64,000 bases of DNA from Candidatus Poribacteria bacterium (GTDB lineage Bacteria > Poribacteria > WGA-4E > WGA-3G). The stretch lies in NCBI GenBank assembly GCA_022827185.1, contig JAJDTM010000046.1, forward strand, positions 68,644 to 132,643. Reading direction: 5' to 3'. Made by a program: the position numbers and the translations under genes. The notes under the pieces are model-generated. The model saw only the letters and a list, made by a program, of their open reading frames with translations. It searched no databases and was not told the DNA's origin. Numbering within the stretch: position 1 is the stretch's first letter; each line of letters begins with the position of its first letter. Of the stretch, positions 46,582-54,239 are shown piece by piece.

Positions 46582-48017
46582 AAATAACCAATATTAAGAT
46601 TAAAAATTTCAGAGCTTTTCCGCAAATCTATCACATCAATCTTCATAATGCGGGGAAGAACTTACTTGTTTATGGAGAAAATGGGAGCGGAAAATCGTCA
46701 CTGTATCTCGCCCTAAAGTATTTTCTTGAATCCGGTGTGCCCGAAAATAGCGAGGATGACAGGAACCGGGCGTTTGAAACCCATCAAAATATCTTTACCG
46801 AGGATCTTGGTCATATCAAACTTCATTTCCGTTCAGAGCCTCAACGAGAGAAAGATACCTATGAGTGGTCAAGAGATGTTAAACAGACAACTGACGAGCT
46901 GATTATTGAAACGTCAAAGGCGAAAGGCTTTCTGGACTACAAGGTGCTATTGGAAACACACTATCTTCATCGTGAAAACGATATTGTGAATTTGTTCGAT
47001 CTGTTGGTTGAAGTGCTGCTGGCAAACACTATCAACCCCAGGACAGATAGACCTCTCACAGCGGACTGGAACGCCATTCAGCCTCCGTTTCCTCGCAGAG
47101 GTGCAAAACACCAAATTGCGGACCTGGAAAGACAGATAGTCAACTTCAACAGGGAGTTAGCAAACAGGTTAGCAGAATTAAGTCCGAAGGTGTCCGAAAT
47201 TCTCAACAAGTTTGGATACAAAGTCGCGCTTGACTTTGATTTTCAAGGCGTTACGTACAACCAGGGTGAGAAAACGCTTGATAACCGAGAGATTCTCTTA
47301 AAAGTTGAATTTTTTGATACAGATATACCTTCACATCACCGATTCCTGAACGAGGCAAAGCTGTCAGCAATTGCGATTGCTATCTATCTTTCGTCAATCT
47401 TGTGCTTGCCAGAACCAAAAGAAGGCATGAAAATTCTTGCGCTTGACGATGTGCTGATAGGTTTGGATATGTCAAACCGTCTGCCGGTTCTTGACATTCT
47501 GAACGAGTACTTCTCAGATTACCAAATCTTCTTGACGACTTACGATAAGGCGTGGTATGAGATTGCTAAACAACGGACAGACCAAAAAGACTGGAAATAT
47601 GCTGAATTCTATTTCTCCCAAACCGATGAGTATGAAATTCCGGTCTATGCAGAAGATAAGGCATACCTTGAAAAGGCGCGGGAATATCTTGATTTGAATG
47701 ACTACAAAGCCTGTGCAATTTACGTCCGAACCGCTTTTGAAGCGGTAATCAAACGATACTGTGAGAAAAGGAATCTTGCCATTAAGTATCGTGAAAATCC
47801 GAAAGACTTGAGAAGTGAAGATTTTTGGGTACCGATAAAAATGGAAATGGACGAAGCGGGCGACCTCCTTTTAGATCTAAGAGTTGTTGACAAAATTGAA
47901 TTGGCACGAAAATTTATCCTAAATGAACTCAGTCATGATACCTTCGTGAATATCTACAGAAAGGAACTTGAGGATGCAATTGACGCGGTTGCGGAACTTG
48001 AAGCTGCTTTAGCATAG
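46578..48017 (+). CDS. SMC/RecF-like ABC ATPase (AAA_15/AAA_21-type), translationally coupled to the TIR gene
   Basis: A GTG start overlaps the TIR-gene TGA (GTGA). The N-terminus reads IKIKNFRAF..., Walker A is GENGSGKSS, the D-loop/Walker B is ILALDDVLIGLD, and the signature/His region reads QIFLTTYD. Confidence 0.7.
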   Translation: MKITNIKIKNFRAFPQIYHINLHNAGKNLLVYGENGSGKSSLYLALKYFLESGVPENSEDDRNRAFETHQNIFTEDLGHIKLHFRSEPQREKDTYEWSRDVKQTTDELIIETSKAKGFLDYKVLLETHYLHRENDIVNLFDLLVEVLLANTINPRTDRPLTADWNAIQPPFPRRGAKHQIADLERQIVNFNRELANRLAELSPKVSEILNKFGYKVALDFDFQGVTYNQGEKTLDNREILLKVEFFDTDIPSHHRFLNEAKLSAIAIAIYLSSILCLPEPKEGMKILALDDVLIGLDMSNRLPVLDILNEYFSDYQIFLTTYDKAWYEIAKQRTDQKDWKYAEFYFSQTDEYEIPVYAEDKAYLEKAREYLDLNDYKACAIYVRTAFEAVIKRYCEKRNLAIKYRENPKDLRSEDFWVPIKMEMDEAGDLLLDLRVVDKIELARKFILNELSHDTFVNIYRKELEDAIDAVAELEAALA

Positions 48018-48044
48018 AGCTAAGCCGCGCTAAGATAATTCATA

Positions 48045-48266
48045 ATGATTCAGAATAATCAAGAACTTGAAACAACGTTGGAACGCATTGAACGCTTTCA
48101 AAAGATAGTTGAGAAACTCAAAGCGTCTGAAACAAATCCACGGAATTATGAGTTATCCACGGGCGGTTTCCTTGCGGAAATCGACCGGATGAAACTGGAA
48201 GTGAGAAAGTATCTATCCATTCATTCGAGCGAATTGATAGAACAAATTGCTGAAGGCAGTACCTAA
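48045..48266 (+). CDS. Small coiled-coil protein of unknown function
   Basis: A 73-aa ORF between the ATPase and the next TPR gene with no clear SD. It may be a real small adaptor or may be spurious. Confidence 0.3.
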   Translation: MIQNNQELETTLERIERFQKIVEKLKASETNPRNYELSTGGFLAEIDRMKLEVRKYLSIHSSELIEQIAEGST

Positions 48267-48337
48267 AAATAAGCAAAATCAATCCGCGTCATCCGTGAAA
48301 TCCGCGAAAATTCGCGATTTGCGGCGTACTCGCCCAA

Positions 48338-49663
48338 ATGCGACCTGCATTCAGACAAGCAAAAAGTCAAATTCCTCAAGTCACTTGCATCTTGGAGAAA
48401 AACATGGGAAAAAAACACAGTCAAAAACGCGCCGAGATGTATTACAAGCACGGGTTCGCTCAAAGGAAAAAAGCGGATTATGAGCGTGCTATTGTAGACT
48501 TTACCAAAGCGATAGAACACAATCCAGAAGATGTCTTTGCCTATACGAATCGGGGTGTAGTTTATTACAACAAGGGTAAGTTTTACCGTGCAGTCGATGA
48601 CTTTAGCAAAGTCATAAGCCTCACACCTGATGATGCATTTGCCTACTATGGCCGCGGGATGGCTTACCGCAATCTGCTGATTTTTGAGAAAGCCATCCAA
48701 GACTTTAGCACGGCGATACGTCTTAAACCCGATACGGCTGCTGATGCCTATACCGAGCGCGGTGTAACTTATCACACCAAAGGTGATGTAGACCATGAAG
48801 GTGATGTAGACCATGCTATTGAAGACTATAATGCTGCGATAGCACTGGATCCAGCGTTTGCACAGGCTTGGACGGCGCGCGGTAAAGCTTATCGTGATAA
48901 AGGCGAGATTGACAAGGCAATTGAAAATTACAACAAGGCGATTGAACTCAACCCAGAACTCGCTGAGCCTTATACCTACCGCGGTCTTATCTACACCGAA
49001 CAAGGCGCGGTAGACAAAGCGATTGAAGATCATAGCAAAGCGATCACGTGCAACCCAGAGTTTGCCGAAGCGTACGTTAATCGAGGGCAGGCTTACTACG
49101 CCAAAAACGAATTGGACCAGGCGATAGCAGATTATGACAAAGCCATAGAGATCGATTCAGAACTTGTGGAGGCATACACGTATCGGGGCAACGCGTATCG
49201 CGCTAAAGTCGAGTTAGACAGCGCAATTGCGGATTATACCGAGGCACTAAAACTCAGACCAAAGATTGCTGAATTCTATTACACACGGGGTGAGGCTTGG
49301 TTGCTTGCGAAAGGTTGGGAAGAGGCGAAGACCGACTTGACAGCTGCGCTCCTACAAGACATGGATGTCGCCGCTGCGTTTCACAATATCCACGGGAGCA
49401 TTGCTGCCTTTGAGGAGAAGATAGGGAGTCGTTTGCCGAGAGAGATTGTAGTATTATTGACACCGCGGAGCGAACCGTTTGAAATTGATAAAGATGCGCG
49501 GATCGCGTTGGGAATGAAGTATTATGGAAACGACGAACTCAGCAGTGGACTCGCAGCGCGCCTTGCAGGTGTCCCACGCGAAGATTTCTGGTACCTAATG
49601 GGGGATTACGGTCTCTCTCTCCTTACCCTTGATGAAGAAGAGCACGCCAAGAGCGGATTTTAA
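48338..49663 (+). CDS. TPR-repeat protein with shared post-TPR module and C-terminal UPF0175-type antitoxin domain
   Basis: TPR units are followed by AAFHNIHGSIAAFEEKIGSRLPREIVVLL. The C-terminal ALGMKYYGNDELSSGLAARLAGVPREDFWYLMGDYGLSL matches the UPF0175 antitoxin fold pattern. An alternative start is ATG at 48404. Confidence 0.6.
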   Translation: MRPAFRQAKSQIPQVTCILEKNMGKKHSQKRAEMYYKHGFAQRKKADYERAIVDFTKAIEHNPEDVFAYTNRGVVYYNKGKFYRAVDDFSKVISLTPDDAFAYYGRGMAYRNLLIFEKAIQDFSTAIRLKPDTAADAYTERGVTYHTKGDVDHEGDVDHAIEDYNAAIALDPAFAQAWTARGKAYRDKGEIDKAIENYNKAIELNPELAEPYTYRGLIYTEQGAVDKAIEDHSKAITCNPEFAEAYVNRGQAYYAKNELDQAIADYDKAIEIDSELVEAYTYRGNAYRAKVELDSAIADYTEALKLRPKIAEFYYTRGEAWLLAKGWEEAKTDLTAALLQDMDVAAAFHNIHGSIAAFEEKIGSRLPREIVVLLTPRSEPFEIDKDARIALGMKYYGNDELSSGLAARLAGVPREDFWYLMGDYGLSLLTLDEEEHAKSGF

Positions 49664-49666
49664 AGA

Positions 49667-50158
49667 ATGCCGATACAACCAGTTGTTAGCAATAACAGTC
49701 CGCTTGTGGGACTTTTGGGGATCAATCTGCTTTCTCTGTTGCGAGATCTTTATACAGAGGTATGGATTCCACGAAAAGTTGAAAAGGAGTTTCTCAGAAA
49801 GGATCCGATAGTCCGCCGGGAGGCACTCGAAAATGCTCCCTGGATTAAAACTGTTGATTTAACGGATCCGCGAACCGCTGCGGTTCATGCGGAACTTGAT
49901 GAGGGTGAAGCCGAGGCATTGGCTCTTGCTAATGAACATGACGCTCGTCTCGTTCTTCTTGATGAAAAGAAAGGAAGACAGAAAGCCAAGCAAATTGGAT
50001 TAACGGCTATGGGGATAGTAGGCGTTTTGCAAGAGGCGAAGGAAGAAGGCTTGATTGATGCCATCAAGCCGCTTTTAATTCGGTTGCAGGATAACGGAAT
50101 CCACCTGAGCGAATCGCTCATCAATAACGCCCTACAAGACGCAGGTGAGGCAGATTAG
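49667..50158 (+). CDS. DUF3368-type PIN-domain protein (toxin partner of UPF0175)
   Basis: The conserved acidic residues of the DUF3368/PIN fold are present (VVSNNSPLVGLLGI..., ...DEGEAEALALA..., LVLLDEKKGRQKA). It starts 3 nt after the TPR-UPF0175 stop. Confidence 0.65.
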   Translation: MPIQPVVSNNSPLVGLLGINLLSLLRDLYTEVWIPRKVEKEFLRKDPIVRREALENAPWIKTVDLTDPRTAAVHAELDEGEAEALALANEHDARLVLLDEKKGRQKAKQIGLTAMGIVGVLQEAKEEGLIDAIKPLLIRLQDNGIHLSESLINNALQDAGEAD

Positions 50159-50397
50159 CAGGCGGGTTTACAACGCACACTCACGTTGTATGGAAGTGAC
50201 AGAATAAATTAATTGCTACCAGATATTGCCGAAATGTTGACGTAGTAGTAGGAGCAAAGCCTAATCCACCGCTTCAAAACCGCTGCCAGTTTCAAGTAGG
50301 AGAGCATTCTGTCTGCACGATTTATCCCAGCAATCCTTTAATCCTGATTCAGACAATATTATACATACCGCTCTGCTGGAGGAGAAGGAAAAACGAC

Positions 50398-50790
50398 CAT
50401 AGTTGTCAATTTAGGGATCCGCCAGGTCCGGTAGGTTCGGTTTCCCAACCGAACCGGACTGCCCCAAGACCGGCGGATGCTTTCTCTCAAGGGATGTGTC
50501 GGTTGAGTTTGTGTGTATAACCCGGGGCAGTTAGGAAACTACACCATAGGTGTCAATTTAGGGTTTTTTCACGGCATTTGGGAATGGTTAATAAACATGC
50601 CGCCCTTACAGGGCTTGGTTTTTGCTTGAACATGCTGCTATAAACATATCGTCCCTCCGGGACTAAAGAGGGTTATGAAGTCTTCAAGGTTTTCGCGTCG
50701 TATCCGGTTCGGTTAGTAAACCGAACCTACCGGGTCCGGGGCTGAGGTGGTTATTTTTTTAAAATTGACACTTATGGGTCAGAAGAAAAA
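50398..50790. repeat. Repeat-rich intergenic block: family-C palindromes (50423-50465 and 50704-50741, mutually inverted), 21-bp direct repeats ACCATAG(T/G)TGTCAATTTAGGG (50398-50418, 50543-50563) and an inverted partial copy (50765-50780)
   Basis: Read directly from the sequence. It separates the two TPR-UPF0175/PIN modules. Confidence 0.6.
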
Positions 50791-50793
50791 ACG

Positions 50794-51078
50794 ATGATGA
50801 ATAAACCAAGAGTTTTCACAGACTTCCACAACGCGGATGCAAAAGGTAGGGTCCGATTGAATTGTGCTGAAACTGCGGCGGACCTTGAACGTCAGAAAAT
50901 TATGCTGCGAAATGGACAGGTTCTTATTATCTATAGCGAAGAGTTAGAGGTTGAAGGCATTGTTTGCTACTCCGAAGAGGAAAAGTTGTGGACAGCGGTA
51001 ATTGATTGGAATGCTATTCAAGAGATAGAACCTGTCGCCTCCCAAATAACTCCGCAAATCCGTGACATAGCGGGGTAA
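50794..51078 (+). CDS. Small conserved hypothetical protein (94 aa); intact copy of the pseudogene at 43417..43697
   Basis: The ORF is MMNKPRVFTDFHNADAKGRVRLNCAETAADLERQKIMLRNGQVLIIYSEELEVEGIVCYSEEEKLWTAVIDW... Both copies immediately precede a TPR-module gene. Confidence 0.4.
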   Translation: MMNKPRVFTDFHNADAKGRVRLNCAETAADLERQKIMLRNGQVLIIYSEELEVEGIVCYSEEEKLWTAVIDWNAIQEIEPVASQITPQIRDIAG

Positions 51079-51133
51079 TGTGATATACTTCTACACTACC
51101 TTTGAGAAACCTGCCTTGTGAAGGAGAGAACTG

Positions 51134-52543
51134 ATGCAAGAACTGATCCAGGGTTCTGTGGATACTTATTACAACAGCGATTTTGCCGAGGTGAAAAGAG
51201 AAGACGACGCAGCAAGACATAACACCCAAGGCATCGCTTATAGTAAAAACGGTGAGCACGCACGCGCAATCGCAGCCTTCAACAAGGCGGTAAAACTGGA
51301 TCTACATTTTGCCGAGGCTTATTACAATCGCGGATGCGCTTATGACGGCAAAGGCGATTATGAAAAAGCAATTGAAGACTATTGCGCAGCGATCAAGCAC
51401 AATCCCAATTTTGCTGAGGCATACAACAACCGCCGTAACACATATAAGAAAAAAGGCACCGCATATAAAACCTACGGAGATTATAGTATAGCGATAAAGT
51501 TGGCTCCACAACTGACTGAGGCATATTACAATCGAGGGACCGACTCTCTCAAAGAAGGTTCCTATAACGATGCGATTAGAGATTATGACACGGCAATAGA
51601 ACGCCAGCCAAAGTTTCCGCAATTTTATAATGCTCGCGGTGTCGCTTACGAAAATGACAGCGAGATTTTGGCTGTGCTTTCACGCTATAAGGTAGCAGTA
51701 GGGCTGGAGGCGAGAGTCCCTAAAGTCCGTATATCTTACGGAGAGGAATACTACAGTGAAGCGGAACTCCGTGCTGCTATTGAAGACTATAGCACAGCGA
51801 TCGATTTGAAACCGAATTATGCCGAGGCGTATTTCAATCGTGGGAGAGCACACTTCAAAAAAGGTGAGAGTGATGCCGCTATCAAAGACTATAGTACAGC
51901 AATCGCTTTGAAATCAGATTACGCCGAGGCGTATCTCAACCTTGGTGTGGCTTATGACAGCAGAGATGAGTTTGACGCTGCACTCGAAAACTATAATATA
52001 TCCGTATCCCTCGCCTCTGATCTCCCGATTGCTTACAGTCATCGAGGTGCTGCTTCCCTCCGTAAAGGTAAAGTAAAATCAGCGATTGAAGACTATAACA
52101 CAGTCCTATCTCTCAATCCCGATTACACAGCGGTGTATTACAAGCGCGGGATAGCATGGTTATATGTGAGAGAGTGGGAGAAAGCGAAAACCGACCTGAT
52201 TGCCGCCAAAGATAGAGGTATGGCTATCATGCAGACGTTCCATGACGATTACAGAAACGTGGTAACGTTTGAACAGAAAACGGGTGTTCATTTACCTGAA
52301 GACATAACGGGATTGCTAATTCCACAAAAAGGGCTTGCCGAACTGGAAAAGGAAACTCGGCTGGCGTTGGCATTGAAATATTATAAAAGCGGCGCGATCA
52401 GTACCGGACTCGCTGCGCAATTGGTAGGTATATCCCGCGAAGCGTTCTGGTATCTTATGGGGGATTACGGGCTCTCTCTGTTTGAGCTAACTGAAGATCT
52501 ACTTGCGGAGCTCGATAATGCCTCCAAGACCAATTATCAGTAA
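51134..52543 (+). CDS. TPR-repeat protein with shared post-TPR module and C-terminal UPF0175-type antitoxin domain (second copy)
   Basis: A good RBS (GAAGGAGAG) precedes the start. The module reads TFHDDYRNVVTFEQKTGVHLPEDITGLL and the C-terminus reads ALALKYYKSGAISTGLAAQLVGISREAFWYLMGDYGLSL. Confidence 0.6.
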   Translation: MQELIQGSVDTYYNSDFAEVKREDDAARHNTQGIAYSKNGEHARAIAAFNKAVKLDLHFAEAYYNRGCAYDGKGDYEKAIEDYCAAIKHNPNFAEAYNNRRNTYKKKGTAYKTYGDYSIAIKLAPQLTEAYYNRGTDSLKEGSYNDAIRDYDTAIERQPKFPQFYNARGVAYENDSEILAVLSRYKVAVGLEARVPKVRISYGEEYYSEAELRAAIEDYSTAIDLKPNYAEAYFNRGRAHFKKGESDAAIKDYSTAIALKSDYAEAYLNLGVAYDSRDEFDAALENYNISVSLASDLPIAYSHRGAASLRKGKVKSAIEDYNTVLSLNPDYTAVYYKRGIAWLYVREWEKAKTDLIAAKDRGMAIMQTFHDDYRNVVTFEQKTGVHLPEDITGLLIPQKGLAELEKETRLALALKYYKSGAISTGLAAQLVGISREAFWYLMGDYGLSLFELTEDLLAELDNASKTNYQ

Positions 52544-53015
52544 TAATAGTCCGCTCGTTGCACTTTTAGGACTTGACCTTCTTTCTTTATTACGCGAACT
52601 TTACACTGAGGTATGGATTCCTGAAGAGGTCAAAGCGGAGTTTCTTGGGGTAGAAAGAATGCACCGCCTGCAGGCACTTAACGATGCTCCATGGATTAAA
52701 ACCGTTCATTTGACAGATGTAACGGACGTATCAACTTATGTGAGAAGCGGACTTGATCTTGGTGAAGCCGCCGTATTCGCGCTTGCCAAAGAACACGATG
52801 CTCAATTTGTCATTATTGATGAACTCAAGGCGCGACAGCATGCTGCGAGAATCGGATTATCTTTTAAAGGCACGCTTGGCATTTTGCTTGAGGCGAAGGA
52901 AGAAGGCTTGATTGATGCCATCAAGCCGCTTTTAATTCGGTTGCAGGATAACGGAATCCACCTGAGCGAATCGCTCATCAATAATGCCCTACAGGACGCG
53001 GGTGAGGTGGATTAA
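52518..53015 (+). CDS. DUF3368-type PIN-domain protein (second copy)
   Basis: It is paralogous to 49667..50158; the C-terminal 60 aa are nearly identical. I trimmed the start to ATG at 52518 (MPPRPIISNNSPLVALLG), which overlaps the upstream TPR gene end. Confidence 0.65.
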   Translation: MPPRPIISNNSPLVALLGLDLLSLLRELYTEVWIPEEVKAEFLGVERMHRLQALNDAPWIKTVHLTDVTDVSTYVRSGLDLGEAAVFALAKEHDAQFVIIDELKARQHAARIGLSFKGTLGILLEAKEEGLIDAIKPLLIRLQDNGIHLSESLINNALQDAGEVD

Positions 53016-53171
53016 CGGGCATGTTTACACAATCCTATAAATCTTGATTTAGAACAATAGAATATGCAATATGCCGCGGTTGTAGACCCACGTTATCGTT
53101 GGCAATTTAAGGTGACTTGAAAAGAAAGGTATGCTATACTTAGGCAAAATTTTATTGATGGAGTTTATTTT

Positions 53172-54110
53172 TTGATGAATAACGAATGGGTTGTTTACGA
53201 AGGGAACGAGGGGCCCGGGCAAGGTAAACATATTGTCCTTGTCAGTGGCGATGAAGAGTATCGCTCTGAAGAGGCGTTACCGATGTTGGGGAAGGTGTTA
53301 GCTACACATCACGGGTTTAAATGCACAGTGCTGTTTGCTATTAATCCCGATACAGGCGAGATTGATCCGGAAGTGCAGACCAATATTCCCGGACTTCATA
53401 ACTTAGAATCAGCAGATATGATGGTACTGTTCACGCGTTTCCGTGAACTGCCCGATGAACAGATGAAATATGTCGTTGACTATACGAATGCTGGTAAACC
53501 TGTGATGGGACTCCGGACAGCGACACACGCTTTTAGTTATAGCCGCGATCTTGAGAGTCCGTATGCAAAATATAGTTTCAATAGCAAAGATTTTGAAGGC
53601 GGCTACGGCAGACAGGTGCTCGGTGAGACGTGGGTTAATCACCATGGACATCACGGGAAAGAGAGCGCGCGCGGTGTCATTGATGAAGCCATGCAGGACC
53701 ATCCGATCCTCAAAGGTGTTGACGATGTTTGGGGTCCGTCCGATGTCTACGGCATTAATGATTTGACAGGCGATTCCGAAGTGCTTATCCACGGGCAGGT
53801 ACTGGTCGGTATGGATCCGACAGATGCGCCAAAACCGGATACTATCACAATGCCGATGGTGTGGATTAAAACCTATACAGGTGATGAAGGCAACACCTCA
53901 CGTGTCCTTAACACAACGATGGGTGCCTCTGTTGATTTGGAAAGCGAAGGACTTCGCCGTCTGCTTGTCAATGGTTGCTATTGGTGTATGGGAATGGAGG
54001 ACGCAATTCCTGATAAGAGTGTTGTCGATTATGTCGGCGATTATGAACCGACGTTCTTCGGTTTCGGCACTTTTACAAAAGGTGTCTGTCCGGGAGACCA
54101 TGCCTTGTAG
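53172..54110 (+). CDS. ThuA-like (class-I glutamine amidotransferase-like fold) protein
   Basis: ...GKPVMGLRTATHAF... and ...HPILKGV... resemble ThuA-family conserved blocks. Moderate confidence. Confidence 0.45.
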   Translation: MMNNEWVVYEGNEGPGQGKHIVLVSGDEEYRSEEALPMLGKVLATHHGFKCTVLFAINPDTGEIDPEVQTNIPGLHNLESADMMVLFTRFRELPDEQMKYVVDYTNAGKPVMGLRTATHAFSYSRDLESPYAKYSFNSKDFEGGYGRQVLGETWVNHHGHHGKESARGVIDEAMQDHPILKGVDDVWGPSDVYGINDLTGDSEVLIHGQVLVGMDPTDAPKPDTITMPMVWIKTYTGDEGNTSRVLNTTMGASVDLESEGLRRLLVNGCYWCMGMEDAIPDKSVVDYVGDYEPTFFGFGTFTKGVCPGDHAL

Positions 54111-54145
54111 TCCGATCTTTCGTCAGATATTAAATCGTGAAGGGT

Positions 54146-54235
54146 GGAACTCACGCAAATTACTTTGCAGGCGAGGTTTTAAACCTCGCCTGCGGCGTAT
54201 GGGCCGCAGGTTCTCATTAGAAAATGCGTAAGTCC
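54146..54235. repeat. Family-B element (degenerate left terminus, intact hairpin GGCGAGGTTTTAAACCTCGCC and right terminus)
   Basis: Read directly from the sequence. Confidence 0.55.
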
Positions 54236-54239
54236 TAAT

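Noticed and set aside
53112-53140. Candidate sigma-70 promoter (GTGACT-17-TATACT) upstream of the ThuA-like gene
   Set aside because: The -35 is weak (4/6) and there is no supporting evidence. I mention it only as a possibility and do not report it as a feature.
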